Made by a program: the position numbers and the translations under genes | Notes under the pieces: model-generated | The model's database searches: none | What the model was told of the DNA's origin: nothing | Seen by the model: only the letters and a program-made list of their open reading frames with translations | NCBI GenBank assembly: GCA_034521025.1 | Contig: JAXHMZ010000001.1 | Span: 15,921 to 79,920, forward strand | Length of the DNA stretch: 64,000 nucleotides | Reading direction: 5' to 3' | Source: Candidatus Campbellbacteria bacterium | Lineage (GTDB): Bacteria > Patescibacteriota > Minisyncoccia > Phycocordibacterales > JAXHMZ01 | In this document: piece by piece, positions 49,559-58,882 of the stretch | Layout of the letters: each line of letters begins with the position of its first letter | Position numbering within the stretch: position 1 is the stretch's first letter

Positions 49559-51379
49559 ATGGAGTTTGATTTTCTTTTAAACCCACAAATAGTTCTGTTC
49601 GGCGTTCTTGGCATAATGTTCGCTTTATTTGTGGTCAATAAGATCCGTTTTGATCTGGTCGCACTTAGCGGATTAGTAATACTCGTTTTATTGGGCGTCA
49701 TACCAACGGAGGACATCTTGGCCGGTTTCTCTAACCCGGTAATACTCACTATAATCAGTATCTTTATATTCAGCGCCGGCCTTGTTAGATCAGGCTTAAT
49801 TGACGCCATTAGCAGAAAGATCCTTGGTGCTTCAGGTAACCCTATAATAGAACTTTTCTTGCTTATGGCTCTTACGGCTGCCATTTCAGGGTTTATCAAT
49901 AACGTTGCAGCTGTATCATTGATGATCCCGATAGCGATTAAGGTAGCACATACACACAAGCAGCCGCTGGGGTTGTTTCTTATGCCTCTTGCCTTTGCCT
50001 CACTTTTGGGAGGTCTCGCCACTTCCATAGGCACAACTCCTAATATCATCATTACCTCTATGCGCGAGGAAACCTTGGGAACCCCTTTTGGTTTCTTTGA
50101 TTTTGCGCCGGTTGGATATTCTCTGGCGGCAATAGGGATAATTTTCCTAGGTGCTATTGGTTGGAGACTCATACCGCCAAGACGAGAAAAAACGCTTTCC
50201 GATGAGCTTTTTGATGTAAAAGATTATCTGACAGAAGTAAAGATCAAAGACTCTTCGAAGTGGATAGAAAAGGAACTTCACAACCTTCAGGAAGTGGCTG
50301 GATATAATCTCTCTGTAATTGGAATAATGAGAGAACAGGCTGACTCGGACAATAGCGAGGAAATATCTCTAAAGAGAATTAATCAACCATCTCGATATGA
50401 AAGATTTAAAGCCGGAGACATACTATTGATCCAAGCCGACTCCGAAACACTAGAAACAATACTGGACTCTACCGATCTGGAGTTGCTTGGAAGTAAAGCG
50501 ATAAGTAAAGAAGACTTGGGATCTGACTCGATCGAAACAATGGAGGTAGTAGTGGAAGCCGAAGCTCCCATAGTAGGACAATCAATGAAAAGCCTTGGTT
50601 TTAGAGCCTATGGTATTAACCTGCTAGCCCTAGCACGCGAAAACAAACGTATTTATGAAAGATTAGCAGACGTAGTATTCCAGCCGGGAGATGTCCTCCT
50701 TCTAAGAGGAAAGACCGAGACCCTTTTTGATACTGTCGCGCGCTTTGGCGCACTACCTCTTCGTAAGAGAGACCTACGTATTGGTACTCCGAAACGTATT
50801 GCTTTTGCAGCGACAGTATTTCTTGCCGCAATAGGCTTTTCGGTTATAGGAATTATTCCGGTTCCATTAGTGTTCCTACTGGCAGCAGGAGCCATGATAT
50901 TCACTCGCTTGTTGCCAGTCACAGAAATATATAACTCAATAAACTGGCCCGTAGTGGTCCTGTTGGGATCCATGTTAACCATTGGCAAAGCATTTGAAGA
51001 CACCGGAGCAGCGGAAACTATAGCTAGTTTTGTAGTGAGCCACGCCGATATATTAACCCCCTCCGTAGCGGTAGCTGGTATTCTCACCTTCTCTATGCTA
51101 CTTTCGAACGCAGTAGATAGTAGCGTTGTAGCTGTTATTCTAGCTCCTGTGGCAATACTATTGGCACAAAGCTTGGGTGTTTCAATAGATCCTTTCCTTA
51201 TGGCAACAGCCGTAGGATGTTCGACCGCGTTTTTAACTCCGATCGGAGGTCAATCCAGCACTCTTGTTATGAGCCCAGCGGGATATCACTTTGGAGACTA
51301 TACAAAAGTTGGTAGCTTCCTTTCTCTTTTAGTATTAATATTCGGATATATATTTATATTGACATTCTGGTCATTTTAG
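49559..51379 (+). CDS. SLC13/DASS-family anion:Na+ symporter-like permease with two central TrkA-C domains
   Basis: Two inverted transport domains with hairpin loops (SxxNN-like regions) flank two RCK_C/TrkA-C domains. Confidence 0.7.
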   Translation: MEFDFLLNPQIVLFGVLGIMFALFVVNKIRFDLVALSGLVILVLLGVIPTEDILAGFSNPVILTIISIFIFSAGLVRSGLIDAISRKILGASGNPIIELFLLMALTAAISGFINNVAAVSLMIPIAIKVAHTHKQPLGLFLMPLAFASLLGGLATSIGTTPNIIITSMREETLGTPFGFFDFAPVGYSLAAIGIIFLGAIGWRLIPPRREKTLSDELFDVKDYLTEVKIKDSSKWIEKELHNLQEVAGYNLSVIGIMREQADSDNSEEISLKRINQPSRYERFKAGDILLIQADSETLETILDSTDLELLGSKAISKEDLGSDSIETMEVVVEAEAPIVGQSMKSLGFRAYGINLLALARENKRIYERLADVVFQPGDVLLLRGKTETLFDTVARFGALPLRKRDLRIGTPKRIAFAATVFLAAIGFSVIGIIPVPLVFLLAAGAMIFTRLLPVTEIYNSINWPVVVLLGSMLTIGKAFEDTGAAETIASFVVSHADILTPSVAVAGILTFSMLLSNAVDSSVVAVILAPVAILLAQSLGVSIDPFLMATAVGCSTAFLTPIGGQSSTLVMSPAGYHFGDYTKVGSFLSLLVLIFGYIFILTFWSF

Positions 51380-51385
51380 AAAGCT

Positions 51386-52546
51386 ATGAGAATATTATCG
51401 ATAGAAACCAGCTGTGACGAAACAGGCGTTAGCATCGTTGACTGTGATCTTGAAAATGAAGAATACAAATTCGAGGCATTAGCGAACAATCTTCTTTCGC
51501 AAGTTAAATTGCACGCCGAATACGGAGGAGTATTCCCTTCCCTTGCGAAACGCGAACACACCAAAGCAATGATACCCCTTTTGATAAAAACTTTGCGTGA
51601 GGCAAAGTTGGGAGAAAATTCAGATCATTCATCGCGGCTTAAAGAAGCGCAAAAATACTTGGACCGAGAACCCGAAATAAGTGACCGCTTAAAAGAGATC
51701 TCTGCTTTCAACGCTGAAACAATAGACGCTGTCTCTGTAACCGTGGGACCAGGATTGGCACCGGCTCTTTGGGTTGGAGTAAACTCAGCAAAAGCACTTG
51801 CCACCCTGTGGGACAAACCGATCATTCCAGTAAACCATATGCACGGGCATATCTTTTCCGGTCTTTTCCCTCAGAGTGAACCGTATGAGGCACCTACCTT
51901 ATCTTTGCTAGTCTCAGGAGGACACACAGAAATATTAAAAATAGACGAGGACCTCTCAATGTACACCTTGGGAAGCACCCGTGACGATGCTATAGGTGAG
52001 GCCTTTGATAAGGCCGCTCGTCTGCTTGAGCTCGGATACCCGGGAGGTCCGGAGATCTCAAAGCTCGCCTCACTACATAGAGAAAAATTTCCTGAATACA
52101 AAAGCGAGTTGTTCCCCCGCCCCATGAAGAGCGATGAGTCATTAGATGTATCTTATTCAGGACTCAAAACCGCTCTACTTTACCAACTAGAGAATAATAA
52201 AGAAGATAGACCTTTGGATAAAGAGCAGATCTCTCGGGAATTTGAAGACGCCGCTTTAGATGTGATAGTAGCAAAGGTAGAACGCGCCCTTGAAGATGAC
52301 GCTTATCGATCTCTGGTTGCAGGCGGCGGGGTTATAGCTAACAAAGAGCTGCAGAGGCGCTTGCAGGACTTATCAGAAAAATTTTCTATTCCCTTACACA
52401 TACCAAAACCAGAATTAACGACCGACAACGCACTTATGATAGCTGTAGCGAGCTATGTTCTTTTTAAGAACAAAAAAATCTCCGCCATAGAGACAGAAAA
52501 AATCTCCGCACAGGCGAACTTGTCTGCAAATGAATTCGCATTATAA
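51386..52546 (+). CDS. tsaD: tRNA N6-adenosine threonylcarbamoyltransferase (Kae1/TsaD family)
   Basis: MRILSIETSCDETGVSIV, HMHGH metal site, GGVIAN. Confidence 0.85.
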   Translation: MRILSIETSCDETGVSIVDCDLENEEYKFEALANNLLSQVKLHAEYGGVFPSLAKREHTKAMIPLLIKTLREAKLGENSDHSSRLKEAQKYLDREPEISDRLKEISAFNAETIDAVSVTVGPGLAPALWVGVNSAKALATLWDKPIIPVNHMHGHIFSGLFPQSEPYEAPTLSLLVSGGHTEILKIDEDLSMYTLGSTRDDAIGEAFDKAARLLELGYPGGPEISKLASLHREKFPEYKSELFPRPMKSDESLDVSYSGLKTALLYQLENNKEDRPLDKEQISREFEDAALDVIVAKVERALEDDAYRSLVAGGGVIANKELQRRLQDLSEKFSIPLHIPKPELTTDNALMIAVASYVLFKNKKISAIETEKISAQANLSANEFAL

Positions 52547-52603
52547 AACAATTCTCCGGCTTAGCGAGGCAAACCGGAGAATTTTTGAGAAGGCGTGATT
52601 TTT

Positions 52604-52767
52604 CACAGCATGAGTATAATGATCACGATTATCATGACCAATAAGATTGGCTGTGAAACTAAAAATTGGAGAAGATTGACAAGAACGTTTACTATCGCCG
52701 CCAATGCTCCAATGGCCGCAAAAAACAACACAAAAGTTAAAACAGCAAAAGCTATGATGATTTCCAT
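52604..52767 (-). CDS. Small hydrophobic membrane peptide (54 aa)
   Basis: Own translation: MEIIIAFAVLTFVLFFAAIGALAAIVNVLVNLLQFLVSQPILLVMIIVIIILML. RBS GAGGAGG 6 nt upstream. Preferred over the antisense ORF 52595-52804. Confidence 0.4.
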
Positions 52768-52879
52768 CGCCTACCTCCTCATTAGTTTATACCCAACAAA
52801 TTAAGTGTTTGCAATAATAAAAAACCAGATCATATAAAACCATTTAATAAAGCCCTGTTTTTTGCTAAGATAACTCTAT

Positions 52880-55036
52880 ATGATTGAAAAATTCTCGAAA
52901 CCTTACGACCCGCAAGACACTGAAAGTAAAATATACGATAAGTGGCTAGAGAGTGGATACTTTGCTCCCGAAAACCTTCCCGGCAAGAGAGACGAGACAT
53001 TCACCATCATTATGCCACCCCCGAACGCGAACGGCTCTCTGCACGCCGGGCACGCTGTTTTTGTTACTCTCGAAGACACAATAATTCGCTACAAACGAAT
53101 GCGTGGGTATAAAGCTCTCTGGCTTCCCGGAGCAGATCACGCCGGTTTTGAAACCCAAATTGTATACGAAAAGAAACTGGAAAAAGAGAAACGTTCACGC
53201 CTAAAAATGGATCCGGAAGACCTGCGTGAAGAGATAATGGAATTTACACTTGCCAATAAAAGTCATATGGAGGGACAACTGCGGCAACTGGGTTCTTCGT
53301 GTGACTGGTCACGCGAGACATTTACTCTAGATGAGAGGATCGTAAAAACTGTTTACGATACATTTCAAAAACTATATAACGACGACCTGCTTTATCGCGG
53401 CAAACGGATAGTTAACTGGTGCACCAAACACCAAACAAGCTTGGCAGATCTTGAAACTGAATCCGTAGAGCAAAAAGATCCTCTGTATTATATGAAATAC
53501 GGACCTTTTACTTTGGCCACCGTACGTCCAGAGACCAAGTTCGGCGATACCGCGATAGCAGTTCACCCGGCCGATCCGCGGTACAAAGATTGGATAGGAA
53601 AAGAAATCGAATTTGAGGGCTTGATCGGACCGGTAAAGCTGAAAGTGATCGCGGATGAATTCGTTGATCCGGAATTTGGCACCGGGGCTGTAAAAGTGAC
53701 CCCGGCTCATGATCCGAACGATTTTGCGATGGCAGAACGTCACGGACTTGAGGTCAGAGAGGTAATTGATAAATACGGAAAACTTAACGAGAACACAGGC
53801 AAATATGCCGGCATGAAGATCGCCGAGGCTAGAGAAGCAATAGCTAAAGACCTGGAAGAAAAAGGACTTCTGGAAAAGATAGAAGATAATTACAGCCACA
53901 CGGTTAAAACATGCTACAAATGTGGACGCATCATTGAACCTAGAATAATGCCACAGTGGTTCGTGCAAATGCAGCCTCTAGCCGAAAAAGCGATTGAAAA
54001 AATTGAAGAAGGAGCGATCACTTTTTATCCCGACCGCTATAAAAGGATACTTATTGACTGGCTTGAAAACATACAAGACTGGAATATTTCCCGACAAATT
54101 GTATGGGGTATACCAATACCAGCTAAAATATGTGAAAAATGCGGAGATGGATTCCCCGACCTTGATGACTCTATTCACAAATGCCCAACCTGCGGAGGAG
54201 AAGTTGTAAAAGATGAAGATACATTTGATACTTGGTTTTCATCAGGTCAGTGGCCCTTTGCTACTCTTGGTTATCCAAACGCGGAGGATTACAAAACCTT
54301 CTACCCTACTCAACTAATGGAAACTGCCGCGGATATCTTGTTCTTCTGGGTCTCACGTATGATAATGCTCGGTCTATACAGAACTGGAGAATTGCCTTTT
54401 TTCGAGGTCTATTTACACGGCCTCGTAACAGCTCCAGACGGTAGTAAGATGAGCAAAAGCAAAGGAAATGTAATAAGTCCTTTGGAAATTTCAGACGAGT
54501 TCGGAACTGATGCTTTACGTATGGCTCTAGTGATAGGAAACACCCCAGGTACAAATACACCTTTGGATAAAAACAAGGTAAAAGCATATAAGCACTTTGC
54601 CAACAAGATATGGAATGCCACAAGATTTGTGTTGATGAATACTGAAGATTTTGATCTGCAAAAATTTGACCCCGAAACAATAGATACAGAAAAAGGCGAG
54701 ACTCACTCTTCGCACCTGAAAAGACTAGAGGAAATTACAAATGAGATCACCGATGACTTGGATAACTACCGGCTTCATTTAGCTGCAGAGAAAACATATC
54801 ACTATTTTTGGCACGAGTTCGCGGATGAAATAATAGAAGAATCCAAACCTCTCTTAGAAGACGAGAGTACTAGATCGGTAACGCAGTACACTCTGGTTAA
54901 GATATTGAATACAACCTTGAAATTACTGCATCCATTTATGCCCTTCATAACTGAAGATGTTTGGCTCAGAATTCCTGATAGAATTAAAAGCGGAAGAGAA
55001 ATGTTGATAGTCAACGAATGGCCATCTAACAAATAA
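52880..55036 (+). CDS. valS: Valine--tRNA ligase, short form (718 aa, no C-terminal coiled-coil)
   Basis: HIGH-type HAGH. KMSKS. CP1 editing motif TGAVKVTPAHDPNDF. Confidence 0.85.
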   Translation: MIEKFSKPYDPQDTESKIYDKWLESGYFAPENLPGKRDETFTIIMPPPNANGSLHAGHAVFVTLEDTIIRYKRMRGYKALWLPGADHAGFETQIVYEKKLEKEKRSRLKMDPEDLREEIMEFTLANKSHMEGQLRQLGSSCDWSRETFTLDERIVKTVYDTFQKLYNDDLLYRGKRIVNWCTKHQTSLADLETESVEQKDPLYYMKYGPFTLATVRPETKFGDTAIAVHPADPRYKDWIGKEIEFEGLIGPVKLKVIADEFVDPEFGTGAVKVTPAHDPNDFAMAERHGLEVREVIDKYGKLNENTGKYAGMKIAEAREAIAKDLEEKGLLEKIEDNYSHTVKTCYKCGRIIEPRIMPQWFVQMQPLAEKAIEKIEEGAITFYPDRYKRILIDWLENIQDWNISRQIVWGIPIPAKICEKCGDGFPDLDDSIHKCPTCGGEVVKDEDTFDTWFSSGQWPFATLGYPNAEDYKTFYPTQLMETAADILFFWVSRMIMLGLYRTGELPFFEVYLHGLVTAPDGSKMSKSKGNVISPLEISDEFGTDALRMALVIGNTPGTNTPLDKNKVKAYKHFANKIWNATRFVLMNTEDFDLQKFDPETIDTEKGETHSSHLKRLEEITNEITDDLDNYRLHLAAEKTYHYFWHEFADEIIEESKPLLEDESTRSVTQYTLVKILNTTLKLLHPFMPFITEDVWLRIPDRIKSGREMLIVNEWPSNK

Positions 55037-55045
55037 TCACGCCTA

Positions 55046-55744
55046 ATGGATACAAACACTATTTTAACTGCTCTTTTGTTTGGATTAGTACCAACTTTTA
55101 TTTGGCTTGTTTTTTGGCTTAGTGAAGACAGGGCGCATCCTGAGCCAAAAAGAATGATCTTTCTTTCTTTTATTGCCGGCATGATCGCGGTACCAATATC
55201 AATTACGATCGAAGCCTGGATCGATTCCTTGGTCAGTGACGGTTTTAGCAAAACTTTACTCTGGTCTCTAACTGAAGAAATGGCGAAATATCTATTGGCT
55301 TTTATAATAGTACTGCGCTCTATTGAATTGGATGAGGCCTTAGACGCTCTTATATATATGATCTGTGTTGCCCTGGGGTTTGCCGCACTAGAAAATACTC
55401 TGTACGCTCTTGAACCTATTCTCGATCAAGAACATATTGGCGCAGCTACGGTTTCTAATCTACGTTTTGTGGGAGCAACGTTATTACACACCGTTTCATC
55501 TGCCGCCATAGGAGTGGCTATGGCGCTTTCCTATTACCGCTCTCGCGCGAGTCGTATGGGCGCAACCGTTATCGGACTCATCGTTGCGATCGGTTTGCAT
55601 GCACTCTTTAATTTTTTTATAATTAACCTATCGGAAAATACTGTATTTATGGTTTTCGCAGGTATTTGGATCCTTACTATCGGACTCATAGTAATAGCCG
55701 AAAAAATCAAAAAGATAGATGCGGGATACTCGATTTTTAAATAA
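55046..55744 (+). CDS. PrsW-family intramembrane metalloprotease-like protein
   Basis: Polytopic. EExxK (LTEEMAKYL), FAALEN and HALFNF motifs. Confidence 0.55.
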   Translation: MDTNTILTALLFGLVPTFIWLVFWLSEDRAHPEPKRMIFLSFIAGMIAVPISITIEAWIDSLVSDGFSKTLLWSLTEEMAKYLLAFIIVLRSIELDEALDALIYMICVALGFAALENTLYALEPILDQEHIGAATVSNLRFVGATLLHTVSSAAIGVAMALSYYRSRASRMGATVIGLIVAIGLHALFNFFIINLSENTVFMVFAGIWILTIGLIVIAEKIKKIDAGYSIFK

Positions 55745-55760
55745 ACCACTAACTAAAATT

Positions 55761-56294
55761 ATGCGAAAAGAAAAAAGATCGTTTTTTGAAAGACTTACAG
55801 GCGCCATCAATATGGACGAGGAAGATGAGTACGAATTCGATGAAGAATTCGAAGATGAGGAATATTCGCGTCCCGAGAGACGCTCGTTCAGTCAAGATGA
55901 TCCAATGAACATAAGAGAGAATAGAGCTGCGGCAGCCTTTTCACCGGGTGAACTTTCGGAGGGTCAACTATCAGTGGACGTTTTGCAAACACCTGACGAC
56001 ATCATAATCAAGACCATCGTAGCCGGAGTAGCTCCAGAAGATCTGGATATTTCAATAACTCGCGACTCGGTCACAATCAAAGGTAGTCGAGAGGAAGATT
56101 TTTCGGTAAACGATAATGATTATTTTCATCGCGAAGTTTCTTGGGGTAACTTTTCAAGGACTATTTCTCTGCCAGCTGAAATAGAAGTAGAAGAAGCAGA
56201 TGCTCAAGAAAAACACGGCGTACTAATTATTCGGCTACCAAAAATAGACAAGGGGCGAGAAACCAAACTTTCTGTTCGCTCAGCGGGTAATTAA
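55761..56294 (+). CDS. Hsp20/alpha-crystallin small heat-shock protein
   Basis: ACD pattern (VDVLQTPDDIIIKTIVAGV...GVLIIRLPK). Start moved to the internal ATG. Confidence 0.75.
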   Translation: MRKEKRSFFERLTGAINMDEEDEYEFDEEFEDEEYSRPERRSFSQDDPMNIRENRAAAAFSPGELSEGQLSVDVLQTPDDIIIKTIVAGVAPEDLDISITRDSVTIKGSREEDFSVNDNDYFHREVSWGNFSRTISLPAEIEVEEADAQEKHGVLIIRLPKIDKGRETKLSVRSAGN

Positions 56295-56332
56295 TTCGTC
56301 TAAACGGAAGAAACGAAAATACCCACAAATAC

Positions 56333-56370
56333 ATTCCTCCTTTTACGTTATACTGTAAAAGGAGGTTTTA
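56333..56370 (+). terminator. Terminator after hsp20 (11-bp perfect stem)
   Basis: cctccttttac-gttatac-tgtaaaaggagg, then ttttat. Confidence 0.6.
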
Positions 56371-56632
56371 TGTACTTTAAAAGAATTTTCCATTAAAAAG
56401 AAAGAGGTCAAAAGTTAACTATAGGGACTTCTGTCCCCTTCGCAATTACAGAAAATTACCGTCGTCGTAAACCACATCGCTATCAATCACCTCGGCTTCT
56501 ATCGAACTCCTGGACAAACACAAGAGCGACTTGAGAGACAACAAATACACCTTTATACACATTAAGACAGCCACGTGGGCTGCCTTTAAATGTTTTTGCT
56601 TAATAAAAATTCCAAAACTGTTTGTATAAATT

Positions 56633-56785
56633 TTTGTGTGCCCCGTCTAGGACTCGAATTTTACAGATTCGGTACAGGTCTCAAATCGTGCTCGTTTCAC
56701 TCCGCTCGATATACTCAACCTTTTCTCGTCCTCAAGCAGGCAAAATAGTTTGCCTGCTTCCCTGTCCCCACTTACTGCGTTCGTG
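56633..56785 (-). repeat. tRNA-3'-end-associated repeat unit downstream of tRNA-Phe; its terminal mimic GATTCGAGTCCTAGACGGGGCAC does not match the adjacent Phe tRNA
   Basis: Minus-strand: ACGAACGCAGTAAGTGGGG...GCAAACTATTTTGC...GACGAGAAAAGGTTGAGTATATCGAGCGG...GAGCACGATTTGAGACCTGTACCGAATCTGTAAAATTCGAGTCC. Confidence 0.75.
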
Positions 56786-56857
56786 TGCCAGGTCGGACTC
56801 GAACCGCCGACCCTTCGCTCTTCAGACAAATGCTCTAGCCAACTGAGCTACCTGGGC
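56786..56857 (-). tRNA. tRNA-Phe(GAA)-like; possible pseudogene (3-nt insertion in the T-stem, 1-nt deficit in the acceptor 3' strand)
   Basis: Good D-arm (TAGCTCAGTTGGCTAGAGC) and anticodon arm (loop CTGAAGA). However GTCGG[CGG]TTCGAGTCCGAC, and acceptor GCCCAGG against CCTGG-C. Confidence 0.5.
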
Positions 56858-57718
56858 GTATTTTAATTTTGCAGGTTTTCTTCGTTACCACCGTCAGAAT
56901 TTACACCATCATCATTCTCCGTGCCTTCTTCTGAACCGTCAAAATTATCGAGGAAATCACCAACGGCTCCGCTTGCGCCTGAATTTACTTCTTCATTATT
57001 CTCAAACGTTTCTTGAGCACTTTCAAAGAAGGCTTGCATTCTGCAATATACGGCTGAGACAAATAATAGAGAAGTATAAATAATCCTATAACCACCAACC
57101 AGCGCACCACTCTCATGAGCGTTGCCATGCGTTGCGCGCGCTGCATCTTTTTTAGCATCCGATGGTTTTCCTCGGTCGACGCGCAGTTTTTACCAATAAT
57201 TCTTCTAGTTCATCAGGCTCCACGTTCAAAAGTATAGCTTAAAAAAAGCCAAAAGTGAAGAGTTTTCTTTCAAACTTCTTGCTTGTTTACACTAACTTTA
57301 CTTCTTACCATTAGTGACTCAAACTCTCAGCATACACACTTGACATATATAACTATCAATGTTATACTCGCAATAGTTTAGAATCGCTTTGGTTCTAAAT
57401 ACGTACACTTACAAAAGATGTTGAAAGGAAGGGATGGTATTATGGATTTCATCGCGACGCATTGGTACGTATCTGGGCCGGATTGCTCATTCTCAGCTTT
57501 GGCTACGTGGCTGTCCACAGAATTTTCGTATTTACGCCACCTATGCCAAGACTGTCGAAGGAGCAGTTGGATAGAGAGTACCTGAAGGACTTTTTAGCGA
57601 TGCTTGTTGTACTCGTGAGTATCGTTTTGATACTCATCCGATTCAACCACTTGGCCTAACTCGACATCGATTCATAAGCTCCGGCAGATAGATATATTTT
57701 CTGCATGGGGCTTTTTCT

Positions 57719-57887
57719 TTGCTTCGCTCAGCTTGTGCCCGGCAGGAAACTCTCCTTACAGGAACGGTACAGGTTTCATATCGTGCTCGCTTCGCTTCGC
57801 GCGATATATTCAACCTTTTCGATTCCCGCCCGCTAGCAAAGAAATTTGCTCACTCGCGGTCACAGCTTTTCGCTTCGCTCAGCTTGT
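57719..57887 (-). repeat. tRNA-3'-end-associated repeat unit downstream of tRNA-Arg; ends in CCTGTAAGGAGAGTTTCCTGCCGGGCAC plus a partial next unit
   Basis: Minus-strand: cACAAGCTGAGCG...GAATCGAAAAGGTTGAATATATCGCGCG...GAGCACGATATGAAACCTGTACCGTTCCTGTAAGGAG. Confidence 0.75.
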
Positions 57888-57958
57888 GCCCCCGGCAGGA
57901 ATCGAACCTGCATTTAGACGTTAGGAGTGTCTTGTTCTATCCATTGAACTACGAGGGC
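57888..57958 (-). tRNA. tRNA-Arg(CCT)
   Basis: Acceptor GCCCTCG/CGGGGGC, loop CTCCTAA, T-loop TTCGATT. Upstream gtggtatagtggtaac. Confidence 0.7.
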
Positions 57959-58030
57959 AAGACGTTACCACTATACCACAAACACCGCGAAAAGCGGTGT
58001 TTGTGAAATAATTTATATATTACTTCAAGA

Positions 58031-58261
58031 TTAGGACAAAAGCTCTTCAAGCTTTGCCTGGTTGAAGCCAACCATGACTTCATCCCCTATCATTATTACC
58101 GGAACTCCCATTTGTCCCGTCTTTTCTATCATCTCTTTTTGTTTTTCTATATTTTCTGAGACATCGTAATCTGTGTATTCAATTCCTTTGTCTTGAAAAT
58201 AATTTTTAGCTAAATTACAAAAATGACAGGTTGGAGTAGAATATATAGTTATATTTTTCAT
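58031..58261 (-). CDS. Glutaredoxin-like protein (NrdH/Grx family)
   Basis: CHFC redox motif (TPTCHFCNLAK). 76 aa. Confidence 0.7.
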   Translation of the reverse strand: MKNITIYSTPTCHFCNLAKNYFQDKGIEYTDYDVSENIEKQKEMIEKTGQMGVPVIMIGDEVMVGFNQAKLEELLS

Positions 58262-58372
58262 AATAGTTTTATGCGATTACTTATAAGCCCAAACAGTATA
58301 TCACTATACCCTTGATTAACGTAAGTATTTACAAAAAATTAATTTATTGTATATTTCACAAAGGAGGTACTT

Positions 58373-58576
58373 ATGGGCAACGAAAAAGAACTCTTGAGCA
58401 ACATCTTCGGATTGCTGGTCGTATTCGCATTTACCTTTGTGATAACCATTGGTGTTCCTTACTTCATTTACGTAACTATTCCATGGCTATTCTGGACTTT
58501 GGCAGGCATATACGGATTTTCAATCCTATCCATACCTGTCATAATCCTGGACAGCAAGTTCAATCACATAAAGTAA
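58373..58576 (+). CDS. Hypothetical small two-TM membrane protein
   Basis: Strong RBS aaaggaggtacttATG. Confidence 0.45.
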   Translation: MGNEKELLSNIFGLLVVFAFTFVITIGVPYFIYVTIPWLFWTLAGIYGFSILSIPVIILDSKFNHIK

Positions 58577-58882
58577 GCGATCCATTTAATTGGATTGCTT
58601 TTTTATTTTGTCTAATTATTTTCATCTATTTCTGTCATGCACTGATTAAACTCTTCTGTTTCGCTCCAACCACATTCTCCATCACTTTGCCGCTCACAAA
58701 CAGCTGAATCATAGCAGGCGTATTCCGGGCGCCACTCACAGGTGGTTACCATGTTCGGAACATCTGAACAGACTTGTCCGGAACATCCGCCCACATAACA
58801 TCCTTCTTTTTGCGCTGGGTAATTTTGATTCGCCTCCTCGCTTGATATTTCATCATTAGATTTAGTTGTTTCAAGGAGGAAT

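Noticed and set aside
52595-52804. Plus-strand 69-aa ORF between tsaD and valS.
   Set aside because: The minus-strand 54-aa hydrophobic ORF 52604-52767 has a canonical GAGGAGG RBS and a clean TM profile, whereas the plus-strand ORF has neither.
56333-56362. Apparent AAAGGAGG ribosome-binding site followed by an 8-codon mini-ORF (MYFKRIFH) downstream of hsp20.
   Set aside because: The AAAGGAGG is the 3' arm of an 11-bp perfect inverted repeat (cctccttttac/gtaaaaggagg) followed by a T-run, so it is an intrinsic terminator hairpin, not a translation start.
58612-58794. 60-aa Cys-rich ORF (8 Cys) on the minus strand.
   Set aside because: It has only a GTG start about 25 nt from the nearest Shine-Dalgarno-like sequence and no signal peptide or recognisable fold. 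Evidence is too weak to call, though a small Cys-rich peptide cannot be excluded.
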